Shown: piece after piece, positions 9,811 to 20,216 of the stretch
How the letters are laid out: each line of letters starts with the position of its first letter
Numbering within the stretch: the first letter of the stretch is position 1
From: Eubacteriales bacterium
Lineage (GTDB): Bacteria > Bacillota > Clostridia > Oscillospirales > CAG-272
DNA: 64,000 nucleotides
NCBI GenBank assembly: GCA_045632345.1
Contig: JAZQWM010000082.1
Span: forward strand, 147,686-211,685
Direction of reading: 5' to 3'
Position numbers and translations under genes: made by a program
Notes under the pieces: model-generated
Database searches by the model: none
Told to the model about the DNA's origin: nothing
The model's input: only the letters and a program-made list of their open reading frames with translations

Positions 9811-12015
9811 CTACTGACGTTGCAAGCGCAATGCGTTAGTAACCACAAAAATGCTTGATAAGCTCATAGCAAGCGCGCCTATCATTGGGTTTAGCGTTAT
9901 ACTTAACGGCACGAAAACACCCATGGCGATAGGAATACAAATCAAGTTGTAGATAAATGCCCAGAATAGATTTTGCTTGATTATTCTTAATGCTTTTTTG
10001 CTTAGCTTAATAAGCTTTGGTACGTCGGTTAAATTGTTTTTTGTTACAACTATTTGGGAAGAGCTTATAGCAATATCTGTGCCTGTGCCGATTGCTATTC
10101 CCATATCCGCTGTGGTTAACGCTACCGCATCGTTTATTCCGTCGCCTACCATGGCAACTCTGCCTTTTTTCTTAAGTTCCTCAATAACCTGTGATTTTTC
10201 AGTAGGTAAAACCTCTGCATACACCTCTTTTATGCCAACCTGTGTGGCTATTTCAAGTGCGGTACCATAGTTATCCCCTGTTATCATAACGGTGTCGATA
10301 TTCATTTTTTGAAGCTCTTTGATTGCTTCGGCGCTATCGTCCTTTACCGTATCGGCACATGCAATAATGCCAATTAGCTTAGTATAGTAAAACACCGTTA
10401 CCGTTTTACCCTGTAAGGATAAATTTTTAATTTGCTCTGATACGTCATTTGGTATTTCACACACCTCATTTATATATGATGCTTTACCGCCGTATGCATC
10501 TACACCCTCAATTTTTCCATACACGCCCTTACCTGAAGCCACATTAAAATCAGACACATCACGAAGGTTAATATTATTTTCCTTGCAGTATGACGTAATG
10601 GCGTAGGACAAAGGATGCTCGCTGTTTTTTTCAAGGGAGCATGATATTTCCATTAAATGCTCCATAGTGCAATCTATGGGAACGATATCGGTAATTTGCA
10701 TATTTCCCTTTGTTAAGGTGCCTGTTTTATCAAATGCCACTATATTGATTTTGCCGGCTTCCTCAATGGCGGTGGCGTTTTTATAAAGAATACCGTTTTT
10801 TGCGCCTGTTCCGCTTGACACCATAATGGCAACGGGAGTTGCAAGTCCCAATGCACAAGGACAGCTGATTACTAAAACGGAAACACCTCTTGCAAGCGCA
10901 TAACCAAAGGTTTTATCGCTAAATATAACCCATGCAAGTGTGGTTAAAATAGCTAACGATATAACTATCGGCACGAAAATGCCTGACACCTTGTCTGCTA
11001 ATTTTTGTGCAGGGGCTTTTGTGGTTGACGCTTCCTTAACTGTTTTTATTATTTCAGCAAGGACAGTTTCGCCACTTGATTTTGTTGCTTGGCATTTTAA
11101 GAATCCGTTTCCGTTTACGGTAGAGGCGAAAACGGTTTCTCCTGCTTTTTTGTGGGCAGGCATGCTCTCTCCTGTGAGCATTGATTCGTTTATATCGCTT
11201 TCTCCATCAAGGACTGTTCCATCACAGGAAACACGCTCTCCTGCCTTAACTATAAACACGTCTCCCACCTTAATTTCGCTGGCAGGGATAATTTTCTCGT
11301 TTCCGTCAACTATAATTGTTGCAGTTTTAGGGGTTAAGTCCATAAGTGAGCGAAGCGCGTTTGTGGTTTTGCCCTTAGAGTATGCTTCTAAGGATTTACC
11401 CAAGGTTATGAGAGCTAAAATCATTGCGCTCGATTCAAAATAAAGATTATGAAGCGTATGATTTTGCCCTTCAATATTCTTTCCTACCATTAAAAGCGTT
11501 GAGGCTAAGCTATATAAAAACGATGCAAGTGAGCCAAGAGACACTAAGGTATCCATATTTGCTCCACCGTTTAGCACGCCCTTTACGCCGTTTATGAAAA
11601 ACTTGCGGTTTATAATAATTACCGTAAGCGCAAAAGCGCCCTGTAATGATGCGATAATTATGGGGTTATTTACTAAAAACTTCGGCAACGGGAAATTCCA
11701 CATGGTATATCCCATTGAAATATACATAAGAACTAATAAAAACAGTATGGAGTATATAAATCTTCTAAAAAGCTGAGCTGATTCGTTACCGTTTTCGGCT
11801 TCGCTTTCCGATTCGTTATTATCTAATTTTATACCGTAGCCGGCTTTTTTGACTGCGTTTATAATATCCGACGTTTTCGTGCTGCCCTCAACGGTCATTG
11901 AGTTACTTAAAAGATTTACAGCGCAGCTTTCTATTCCATCTAACGATAAAACTGCCTTTTCCACTCTTGCTGAGCAAGCAGAGCAAGACATTCCACTAAC
12001 CTTAAACGCTCTCAC
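9811..12015 (-). CDS. copA: Copper-translocating P1B-type ATPase
   Basis: GMSCSAC HMA domain, TGES, CPCALGLATP, DKTGT, GDGIND, YN and MSLSS. GTG start at 12015 follows AGAAAGGGG. Confidence 0.92.
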   Translation of the reverse strand: MRAFKVSGMSCSACSARVEKAVLSLDGIESCAVNLLSNSMTVEGSTKTSDIINAVKKAGYGIKLDNNESESEAENGNESAQLFRRFIYSILFLLVLMYISMGYTMWNFPLPKFLVNNPIIIASLQGAFALTVIIINRKFFINGVKGVLNGGANMDTLVSLGSLASFLYSLASTLLMVGKNIEGQNHTLHNLYFESSAMILALITLGKSLEAYSKGKTTNALRSLMDLTPKTATIIVDGNEKIIPASEIKVGDVFIVKAGERVSCDGTVLDGESDINESMLTGESMPAHKKAGETVFASTVNGNGFLKCQATKSSGETVLAEIIKTVKEASTTKAPAQKLADKVSGIFVPIVISLAILTTLAWVIFSDKTFGYALARGVSVLVISCPCALGLATPVAIMVSSGTGAKNGILYKNATAIEEAGKINIVAFDKTGTLTKGNMQITDIVPIDCTMEHLMEISCSLEKNSEHPLSYAITSYCKENNINLRDVSDFNVASGKGVYGKIEGVDAYGGKASYINEVCEIPNDVSEQIKNLSLQGKTVTVFYYTKLIGIIACADTVKDDSAEAIKELQKMNIDTVMITGDNYGTALEIATQVGIKEVYAEVLPTEKSQVIEELKKKGRVAMVGDGINDAVALTTADMGIAIGTGTDIAISSSQIVVTKNNLTDVPKLIKLSKKALRIIKQNLFWAFIYNLICIPIAMGVFVPLSITLNPMIGALAMSLSSIFVVTNALRLQRQ

Positions 12016-12044
12016 GGTATAACACCCCTTTCTATGTTGCTTTG

Positions 12045-12180
12045 CAAATGAAGTTGCCCTGTGGTCAAATGAAGTCGCTTCGCGAATGATGTTGCTTCGC
12101 AAATGAAGTTGTCCTGCGGACAAACCACTGACCACTGACAGCTAACGGCTAAAAGCTAATAGCCAATAGCTATTAGCTTT
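12045..12180. repeat. Intergenic short-repeat cluster (ATGAAGTTG-like units, then GCTAA-type heptamers)
   Basis: Four ATGAAGT/ATGATGT units, then gctaacggctaaaagctaatagccaatagcta. Related arrays occur elsewhere in the window. Confidence 0.6.
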
Positions 12181-12314
12181 TTATAAGTTTAACACAATTT
12201 ATCTGCTTTTACAACATTATACAGCTAAATATTCAAAAAAGACTTTATTTTTTTAATATAATATGGTACAATAATAAAACAAAAGGAAATCTATGCTTAC
12301 GAAAGGGAAAGGGA

Positions 12315-13193
12315 ATGATTAAGGGTATTATTTTTGACTTAGACGGTACACTTGCCGACACAATGGGCGATTTACAGACTGCCATGAACAGCATGCTTTC
12401 ATTCCTTGGGTATAGCGAAAGATCAAGAACGGATTTAGTTCAAGCCATCAACAACGGTGCAAGAGAATTTGTTAGACGCTCCCTTCCTAAAGACGTGCAG
12501 AACGTTGACTTTATTTTAAGTAGCGCAATTAAGCAATACGAAAAGGAATACAGCAAATGCTACCTTGAAAAAACTGCTCCATATGACGGCATTGAAGCAA
12601 TGCTGATGGACTTAAAGGCAAAAGGAATTAAGCTAGCGGTTTTATCTAACAAGCAGGACAAGTTTGTTAAGGATATTGTATATAAGCTTTTTGACAAAAA
12701 GACATTTACGGTAGTAGAGGGACATGATAAGCTACCAACAAAGCCAAACCCAACCTCGACGCTTGCCATTGCAAAGAGCATGGGCGTTAAGCCTACCGAG
12801 TGCCTGTTTGTCGGAGACAGCGACGTTGATATTAAGACTGCTCAAAACGCAGGCATGAGAAGCGTAGGCGTATGCTGGGGATACCGCGGACAAGAGGTGC
12901 TTGAAAACGCAGATGCCACATTTGTTATAAAAAAACCGGGGGACGTGTGCGAAATTGTTGACCACTTAAAGAATGAAGCCACAACAAGACGTCAGTTAAA
13001 GACTAATCCTGACATGCAAAAGGCAACTGAAAGCTGTGAGCATTTTAACAAAAAGCTTCTTGCCACAGGCGAATTTAATATTGCTGCCCTTAGCGGTGCA
13101 ACAGGGGAAATCAACGTAAAGCTCCTTGAGCAAACCAGGGAACACAACATCAAAAAGGTTAAAAAGACTTCAAAAAACAAAACAACCAAATAA
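12315..13193 (+). CDS. HAD-family hydrolase (phosphoglycolate phosphatase-like) with C-terminal extension
   Basis: DLDGTLADT, LSNK, KP, VGDSDVD. Confidence 0.88.
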   Translation: MIKGIIFDLDGTLADTMGDLQTAMNSMLSFLGYSERSRTDLVQAINNGAREFVRRSLPKDVQNVDFILSSAIKQYEKEYSKCYLEKTAPYDGIEAMLMDLKAKGIKLAVLSNKQDKFVKDIVYKLFDKKTFTVVEGHDKLPTKPNPTSTLAIAKSMGVKPTECLFVGDSDVDIKTAQNAGMRSVGVCWGYRGQEVLENADATFVIKKPGDVCEIVDHLKNEATTRRQLKTNPDMQKATESCEHFNKKLLATGEFNIAALSGATGEINVKLLEQTREHNIKKVKKTSKNKTTK

Positions 13194-13308
13194 TAAAAAG
13201 AAGCCAACAGAACAACCTGTGGACTTCTTTTTATTCTTAATATGAAAGAGAATTTTTAATATTGCTTTAGCTATATTTTTCAAAATCAAATAAAAATTAA
13301 AAAAACTC

Positions 13309-13337
13309 TTGACAACTGACCAAAACTGTGATATTAT
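13309..13337 (+). promoter_or_regulatory. SigmaA promoter of tRNA-Arg
   Basis: TTGACA-17 nt-TATTAT. Confidence 0.7.
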
Positions 13338-13352
13338 ATTGTCTGCAAATAC

Positions 13353-13425
13353 GCGCCCGTAGCTCAGCGGATAGAGTGCCCGGCTACGAACCGGTAGGTC
13401 GCAGGTTCGAATCCTGCCGGGCGCG
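13353..13425 (+). tRNA. tRNA-Arg (ACG), CCA not encoded
   Basis: GCGCCCG/CGGGCGC acceptor stem, TAGCTCAG, anticodon loop CTACGAA, GGTTCGAATCC. Confidence 0.95.
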
Positions 13426-13436
13426 TAAAACAAATA

Positions 13437-14020
13437 GACAGGTCTTGTACCTGTCTTTTTGTTTTACTTGCTCCGTCGAGGATTCGCCCTGTTCAAGGCT
13501 CCGCCTTGAATCAGGTTCGGATGTGAGGCTAAGGCGGTGTCTGCTTGCAAGCACAAGCAGTGCCGAAACACATTTTCCAAAGGAAAATGCCTCCTGCCGT
13601 GGCGCGTCTCTTCATTGGTTCTTGCGACAGGTCTTGTACCTGTCTTTTTGTTTTACTTGCTCCGTCGTGGATTCGCCCTGTTCACGACTTTGTCGTGAAT
13701 CAGGTTCGCAAGTCCGCCGAAAGCCGTTGTCTGCTTGCAAGCATAAGGCTCGGCGTGACTCATTGCCTACGGCAATGTATCCTGCAAAATTGCAAAGCAA
13801 TTTTAGGGCGCTACCTCACGGATTCTTGCGATAGGATTTATTCCTATCCTTTTTCATTTATCCCGCTTCGGCAAGGATTCGCCCTGTTCAAGGCTCCGCC
13901 TTGAATCAGGTGCGGATGTGAGGCTAAGGCGGTGTCTGCTTGCAAGCACAAGCCGTGCCGAAACACATTTTCTAAAGGAAAATGCCTCCTGCCGTGGCGC
14001 GTCTCTTCACGGGTTCTTTT
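13437..14020 (+). repeat. Three ~190-200 bp tandem repeats downstream of tRNA-Arg
   Basis: Units start at about 13437, 13627 and 13830, each with a hairpin plus T tract. Shared GGATTCGCCCTGTTCA, GAATCAGGT and GTCTGCTTGCAAGCA. Confidence 0.85.
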
Positions 14021-14190
14021 TGTTTTTATATTGACATTTTTCCCGCTTTATGATAATATATTTTGCGGAGTCATCCACGCGGTGGCGGTTATGCTCTTTT
14101 CAATAAAATGAAAGGAGTTATTCTTTGCTCCTTTCAAATACATACGAAAGGAGTGGTGCGATATGAACTACTTATACGCACCTTTATTGT

Positions 14191-14274
14191 ATGTTTGTTA
14201 CATACAGCGATATGTTTGCCTTCGTTATTATGTTGGCAACAATAATTGCTATATTCTTAAACAAAAAACGATAA
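14191..14274 (+). CDS. Putative type I toxin (27-aa hydrophobic peptide)
   Basis: MFVTYSDMFAFVIMLATIIAIFLNKKR, one TM helix plus basic tail. Sense promoter TTGACA at 14031. Confidence 0.65.
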   Translation: MFVTYSDMFAFVIMLATIIAIFLNKKR

Positions 14275-14277
14275 TAA

Positions 14278-14365
14278 AGAAATAATCGCCTTTGCTTTTG
14301 GACGAGTAAGGCGATTGTTTCTTATTCAACTGAGAGCATAACCGTCATCGGATGGCTCTTTCTGC
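14278..14365 (-). ncRNA. Putative antisense antitoxin RNA of the type I TA locus
   Basis: Minus-strand TTGACA-17-TATAAT (~14398-14370) reads toward the toxin 3' end; hairpin at ~14278-14325. Confidence 0.6.
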
Positions 14366-14655
14366 TTCTATTATAAACGCATTGGCTTGAAATGTCAATA
14401 CCTTTTGAAAAATATTGTAAGACTTTAGTCATTATTACGAGCTTGCGAGTAACAAGGTTCTGCGTAGCAGGTTCTTATACCCGTTTAGTTTATTTTTGTC
14501 AATAGATTTTTTTAAAATTTTTTTGTAAAGAGCGGATACAAAGTGGGGTAAATCGCACATAGCAAACGCTTTCTCAAGTCCTTATATCGCAATCATACCC
14601 TTGACACACCCGCCTTTCTTTGCTACAATATATATCCCCCACGAAAGGAGCTCCC

Positions 14656-15096
14656 ATGTCATTTCTCAATTTAAAAACTGAATTTACATCTTCCTTAAGC
14701 AAGGAAGTAATTATAGAAAGACCAAACGAGGTTACCAACACTGCTGATGACGAGCTTTTCGTTGGCTACATATACGAAAACGGATTTAACATTCATAAAA
14801 AGCCAAAGGAAAACGTAAGAAATGCATTTTTGCCAATTATTGTTGGCTCAATTAAAGAAAATGAAAGTGGCTGTAATATTAGCATATTTGCAAGATTTAA
14901 TTTTTTTGTATGTGCTTTTATGATTATTTGGTCTTTTGGGGCGGTAGTGCTACCTTTAATAATTGGCTTTGTCGATCCATTCTTTTTTATTTTACCACTT
15001 GCGGTAATTGCAATTTTCGTTCCCCTACTCTATTTCGCTTTTTATAAACCGGCAAAAAAGCAAATTGGCTTTTTAACCTCAATTTTATCTAAATAA
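14656..15096 (+). CDS. Hypothetical membrane protein (2 C-terminal TM helices)
   Basis: AAAGGAG RBS before ATG 14656; hydrophobic C-terminus. Confidence 0.7.
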   Translation: MSFLNLKTEFTSSLSKEVIIERPNEVTNTADDELFVGYIYENGFNIHKKPKENVRNAFLPIIVGSIKENESGCNISIFARFNFFVCAFMIIWSFGAVVLPLIIGFVDPFFFILPLAVIAIFVPLLYFAFYKPAKKQIGFLTSILSK

Positions 15097-15137
15097 CAAA
15101 AAGACTTAACCGTTTGGTTAAGTCTTTTCTTATTTAA

Positions 15138-18100
15138 TTATTCGCCTTTTGTGATAACGATGTCGCCTCTGTCCGGAACAGCGTCAACTAAGAGATAGCC
15201 ATCCTTGATTGTGCAGTTTGCAACTGTCATGTTATCGCTATATTCAAAGTTTGAAACAAGATCGATTACCTTGTCGCCTTGCATTACGGTTACTGACGTC
15301 CAATCATCTGGAATATCAACCTTAATTGTAATTGCATGGTCAAACATGTAGTCCTCAAGATCATCTGTTAATGAAAGTGTAATAGACGTATCTGTGATTT
15401 CCTTTGTTTCAAGCTCAGCTGTAAGTGATTCCTTTAAGAACTGTGTAAGCTCTGTGTATGAACATACCCAGAGGCCTTGAGCCTTTAAGTAATCGAACTT
15501 AGACATTGTTGATACGTATGAGGAGTGAATCAATCCGCCAAGGTAGTACGTATTTGGTGCAAGTGAGTGAACACACTCAATTGTAAATGCGCCCTTTGAA
15601 AGAATTTCATCAATAACCTTTTCGTATGAGCCCTTTGACGTGTGGTTAAGTCTGTATGCACCTGAGCCGTCTGCCTTGAAGGTGTACGTTCTTGTGTTTG
15701 GATCGTAATCGTATGAGCCGCCCTCAACCCACTTCATTTGGTAATTTTCAGCATCATAGTAGTATGAGCCGTCAACTGTACCAACGTTTACAAGTGTCTT
15801 TGTTTCCTCGTCAAATACGTAGTTAACGTTAAGTGTTGACTTAGCAATGAACTTATAGTCTGCGCCAAGGTTGCCACCTGTAAAGTTGCCGTATGCTGCG
15901 ATGTAGTGAACTAAAATATAGTCGCCTGAGTCGCTTTCTGTGTAGGAATCAAAGTTTTGGCTTGTGTATGAGCCCTTAGTTGTCCACTCAAAGCCTGTAA
16001 GTGTCTTTGTTTCCTCGCCTGTTTCTTCATTTACTGAAATCTCATATACAGGCTTATATGTACCGCCTGTTGAGCCGTCCTTAATAAGAACGAAATCGCC
16101 CTCTGTTTCGCCAGCCTTAGAAGCGTAGCAGTTTAGGTTACCCCAGTCCTTTTGTGTCTTAAGGTCCTCGATAAAGTTGATATATCCGCCTGCGCCACCG
16201 TTACGTGCTGATACCATCAAGTTAGTAACGTAGTTAGACGTACCTGTTGACGTTGAACCGTTAGGTGTAGCGAAGGTAAGAATCTTTTGACCGTGGAAAT
16301 TATTCATAAACCAGTAGTGCGCTCTGTCAACATCGGAGAGCATATCTGCTTCACTTATTTGTCCTGAGTAAATACCGGCGTGGTTGTATGAGTGTGAGCC
16401 TAAGTCAAATGCGCCTGTTGCAAATATTTGTTGCCACTCTGCAACGTAAAGGTCAGCAAATGTAATAGCCATATTCATGGTTGCCTTATAGTTATACTTC
16501 TCAAATTGCTCAACGGACCATAAGCAAGCCTCAATATAGTTACCGTCATCGTAGGTTTGAGCCCATACTGCAGGAGCATCCTTAAAGTACTTTGTGATTA
16601 CTGCAGGCTCGTACGTTTCTGTGTAGCTTCTTGTTCTTGTTGTGCCGCACTCACGTGTACATGTAGCAGTTTCTGTTAAGCAGCCGTTTGTTGAAAGTGT
16701 TGTAGCGTTCTTAACGTATTCGCCAAAGGTATGACCTAAAGCAGATAGTGCGTCTGTCTTTAATTCATAGCCGCATGATTGGCAAGCATAAACCGTATAG
16801 CCTGCATCCATACACGTTGGAGCAACAACTCCGTCAGCCTTTGGTCTTACGCTTTGGTGTAAACAGCCGTAGTAGCCGTCAACGTCGTCAGCCTCTTCGT
16901 AAACTGTATATGGCTCGAAGCAATATACGTAGCTAGTCCAATATTGTGGCTCATTTACAAGTTGAAGCTTTAACTTGCTTGTTCTCTTTTCAAGCTTGAT
17001 TGTGTATAAGCACGCTGTGCTTCCGCCTGCATCAATAACCTGCATTTCCTCTGTGTTATTTAACTTGTTAGGAACAGTATATTGACCGATTTCCTCCCAG
17101 TATCCGTCTGGGTGCTCCTCATCTACTGTCCACATTTGAAGTGAAACAGATCTGCCCGCGTAAGCATGAATAGCAAATTGAACGGATGAAATAAATCTTT
17201 CGCCCGGGAACGTAAGAATTGCGTGTGAAGCGTTTGCATTTCTCCAGTCTGTGTACCATGCAGAGCCCATATCGCCGTCAACAAGGTTTTCAGCACCGCC
17301 TGCATAAGCGTTAAACTTACCGGAAATGCTTACTGAAGCATCACTTAAAAGTGAGTCTGGAATTCTTTGGATTTTATCTGTCTTTGCAAATACTTCCATT
17401 TCATAAATGATTGCATTTGCATATCTTGATGAATGTGTAACTGTTGCTCTTACAGCCTTTGCTGTAACTGTGTTAGCAAGCTCAAGTGTGATTGCGCCGT
17501 TGATACCGCTTGATCTTGCATCCTTATCGGACATTTCGCCAACCTTAATCCACTTTTCGCCCTCTCCGTCCTTAACTAACGCTTCAATATCGTATGAAAC
17601 GTAGCAGGCCTCGCCAAGCTCCCATGAGGAATAGAATGGAACGATAAGATTAAATGCGCCGATTTCAAAATAATCGTTAAAGGTAATTGTTGCGCTATCG
17701 CCTGTATACGTAGAGCCGTCAGCTAGTGTGTCAGCGCCCCAATACGTGTCAAGTCTGCCATCGTTAATGTTACCGCCTACGCAAATTGTATAGTAGGAAG
17801 AAACTGCTGCTCCGCCGAAGCCTGCGATATTAACGAATGGTGTTTCGCCCTTGTAAAGATAGTTATCAATTTGAAGGTCGAAAAGTGTCTTTAACCCTGT
17901 TGCAAGCGGCTCAACTGTAAAGGTTTGAACGCCTGCACATACCTTACATTGCTTAATTTCCTTACCTGGTGTATAGTCGGTTGGAAGAATTGTATATTCA
18001 TAGTCATCTCTTCCGTCGCCGTTCAAGTCATAATCGTGCTTGCCTGTCGCAGGAACTCTGTTATAAATTGCAGGCTCTCTGTTACAGCCAGGATTTGTAC

Positions 18101-18623
18101 ATTTACTTTCTGTATAACCCTCTAATGCGCAGGTTGGCTCAACAACTGTTTCAACCTTATTATGACCTAACGCTTGAATTGTTTCTGTCTTTGTAAATAC
18201 ACATTTTGTGCATTTGAAGTACTGCTTGCCATTTTTTGTACAGGTAGCCTCTGTCCAGTCCTCAAGGCGCGTTTCTACGAACTCGTGTTCGCAGCTGCCT
18301 GAGTTACCGCTGCTTGCGCTACCCTTAGCCCACCATGCAGTTAAGGTGATGCTTTCTGTAACTACGTCAGTATCAAAGTTCCACTTTGAGCTAGCTTGCT
18401 TTGTTGCATACCAGCCAGATACTGTGTAGCCGTCCTTTACAGCGTTTGGCGCTGTAAGCTTTGAGCCTTCCTTTACTGTGATTACCTTTGTTTCGCTTCC
18501 GTCAATAGTACCACCGTTGGCGTCAAAGGTAATTTCATACTTTGTACCGCCACAGGATGTGGTAGCAACGACTACGGCTAACAAAGTAGCAAGTAAAAGA
18601 AGTGTTGCTATAATTTTTTTCAT
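15138..18623 (-). CDS. Large lipoprotein: InlB B-repeat, Cys-rich repeats, two discoidin/F5-8-like domains, polysaccharide deacetylase-like domain
   Basis: Signal peptide ending TTSC, ITFDANGG...GWY, NINDG/NLVDG, TYDDG and GSHSYNH motifs. Confidence 0.7.
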   Translation of the reverse strand: MKKIIATLLLLATLLAVVVATTSCGGTKYEITFDANGGTIDGSETKVITVKEGSKLTAPNAVKDGYTVSGWYATKQASSKWNFDTDVVTESITLTAWWAKGSASSGNSGSCEHEFVETRLEDWTEATCTKNGKQYFKCTKCVFTKTETIQALGHNKVETVVEPTCALEGYTESKCTNPGCNREPAIYNRVPATGKHDYDLNGDGRDDYEYTILPTDYTPGKEIKQCKVCAGVQTFTVEPLATGLKTLFDLQIDNYLYKGETPFVNIAGFGGAAVSSYYTICVGGNINDGRLDTYWGADTLADGSTYTGDSATITFNDYFEIGAFNLIVPFYSSWELGEACYVSYDIEALVKDGEGEKWIKVGEMSDKDARSSGINGAITLELANTVTAKAVRATVTHSSRYANAIIYEMEVFAKTDKIQRIPDSLLSDASVSISGKFNAYAGGAENLVDGDMGSAWYTDWRNANASHAILTFPGERFISSVQFAIHAYAGRSVSLQMWTVDEEHPDGYWEEIGQYTVPNKLNNTEEMQVIDAGGSTACLYTIKLEKRTSKLKLQLVNEPQYWTSYVYCFEPYTVYEEADDVDGYYGCLHQSVRPKADGVVAPTCMDAGYTVYACQSCGYELKTDALSALGHTFGEYVKNATTLSTNGCLTETATCTRECGTTRTRSYTETYEPAVITKYFKDAPAVWAQTYDDGNYIEACLWSVEQFEKYNYKATMNMAITFADLYVAEWQQIFATGAFDLGSHSYNHAGIYSGQISEADMLSDVDRAHYWFMNNFHGQKILTFATPNGSTSTGTSNYVTNLMVSARNGGAGGYINFIEDLKTQKDWGNLNCYASKAGETEGDFVLIKDGSTGGTYKPVYEISVNEETGEETKTLTGFEWTTKGSYTSQNFDSYTESDSGDYILVHYIAAYGNFTGGNLGADYKFIAKSTLNVNYVFDEETKTLVNVGTVDGSYYYDAENYQMKWVEGGSYDYDPNTRTYTFKADGSGAYRLNHTSKGSYEKVIDEILSKGAFTIECVHSLAPNTYYLGGLIHSSYVSTMSKFDYLKAQGLWVCSYTELTQFLKESLTAELETKEITDTSITLSLTDDLEDYMFDHAITIKVDIPDDWTSVTVMQGDKVIDLVSNFEYSDNMTVANCTIKDGYLLVDAVPDRGDIVITKGE

Positions 18624-18846
18624 ATTTTCTCCTTTTTTGTGGCTCTGCCACAGCGAAATTATATCGCAAGCGATATAGCGAAATTTCACTGCGTGAAGCT
18701 AAATTAAATTTGCATTTCGCTCCCGAAGGGAATTTAACTTGCGCGAAGCGCAAATTTAGCTACATAGCCATGCTATGCAAAATGCTCTCTCGTAGCCGAG
18801 AGAGCATTTATAAATTGTCTAAAACTATTCGGCTATATTGTAAGGA

Positions 18847-20016
18847 TTATTCTGCGCTAATATCCTTTGCAAGTGTGATTTCCTGCCAGTAGTCAGTACC
18901 GTTTGATGGGTTAGGCATGTAAACAACAACCTTTGTGATTACCTTACCTTCAACATCAAACTTAGCTGGCTCATCACCGAATGAACCGATACCAAGCATC
19001 TTTGTTGAACCGTCTTCGTATGTAACTGTTACTTCGATTGAAGCTGAACCTCTACCCTTAACGTAGATCATATCAACTGCTGTTGGGTTAGTTAAGTCAA
19101 GAGTTGCTGTAAGAGCACCTGTACCCTTACCTGCGATTGTACCCTCGTTACCTGGTTCAAACGTACCGTTAACAAGGTTAGAAACCTTATCCTTACCCCA
19201 TGCATCGCCGTCGAACGTTGGATATACGCCTGGGCCGAGAGCGTCAACTGTTACGTTCTTGAAGTCTTGGAAATCTTGCTTGTTACATTCGTAGCATGTT
19301 CTTGATCTCTTCATGTATTCTTCAGACCAGTTAGACCAGTCGTGTCCCTTTGCAGCAGCACCTTCGTTGTATTCCTCGTGGCCGCAGATTTCGCACACAC
19401 GGGACTTACGCTCAGCTGTTTCACATGATTCTTGTGAAATTTGTTGCCATGGTAAGAATTGGTGGTTTTCTGTACCGTCGTTACAGTAAACGATCATTTT
19501 CCATTTAGCAACTAAAACTGTGTTTGACTTAATTACTGTTGTTTTTCTTGCTACTGTGATGCCGTCCTCAAGTGTCCAGCAATCAAAAATGTAGCCTTCT
19601 CTTGTAGGTGTTGGAAGGTTGCCGATATTGTCGCCCTTTTGAACGAACTTAACAGCATCGCTTTCAGCGATTTCGCCGCCGTTAGGGTCAAATTCAACTG
19701 AAACTGTGTTTTCGTCCTTGTCCCACTTAGCAACTAATACCATGTCGAACATAACGAAATCTCTTTGAGAAATCTTTTCTTCAAAGTTTGTGTCCTCTTC
19801 GTCGTACCAACCGGCAAACTTAAAGCCATCTCTCTTTGGAGTTGGAAGCTTACCAATCATCTCGCCGTCCTTAACCTTACGTGTTTCTTCACTGACTGTA
19901 CCGCCGTTAGCGTCAAAGTAAATGGTGTGAGCTTTGCCACATGCCATTACTAATGGAAGAACCATGATGCAAAGAACTGCAAGGCAGATAATCTTTGTTA
20001 ATGTGCTCTTTTTCAT
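18847..20016 (-). CDS. Lipoprotein with two InlB B-repeats, a Cys-rich repeat and a discoidin-like C-terminal domain
   Basis: VMAC lipobox; FDANGG...LPTPKRDGFKFAGW and a second similar repeat. Confidence 0.75.
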   Translation of the reverse strand: MKKSTLTKIICLAVLCIMVLPLVMACGKAHTIYFDANGGTVSEETRKVKDGEMIGKLPTPKRDGFKFAGWYDEEDTNFEEKISQRDFVMFDMVLVAKWDKDENTVSVEFDPNGGEIAESDAVKFVQKGDNIGNLPTPTREGYIFDCWTLEDGITVARKTTVIKSNTVLVAKWKMIVYCNDGTENHQFLPWQQISQESCETAERKSRVCEICGHEEYNEGAAAKGHDWSNWSEEYMKRSRTCYECNKQDFQDFKNVTVDALGPGVYPTFDGDAWGKDKVSNLVNGTFEPGNEGTIAGKGTGALTATLDLTNPTAVDMIYVKGRGSASIEVTVTYEDGSTKMLGIGSFGDEPAKFDVEGKVITKVVVYMPNPSNGTDYWQEITLAKDISAE

Positions 20017-20216
20017 TGTTTTTACTCCTTTAATTGTTTTTTAAATGAATTGCACGGGCGCACGCGCCCTTCGTTTGCGTTGATATTATATCATATATAT
20101 TACGTAAAATCAATCGGAAGATTATTTTTAGTCGGATTTTGTATTTATGCACAATTTGGCAAATAAAAAATGCACAAAACCGAACGAAGTTTTGTGCATT
20201 TTTTACAGAAGCCAAA

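Noticed and set aside
13170-13904. ORFs overlapping tRNA-Arg and its repeats (13170..13433, 13328..13834, 13545..13904, 13612..13800)
   Set aside because: Shadow frames over an RNA gene and repeats, with no RBS or protein motifs.
13437-14020. Possible CRISPR array
   Set aside because: Units are ~190 bp and similar along their whole length; there are no unique spacers and no cas genes.
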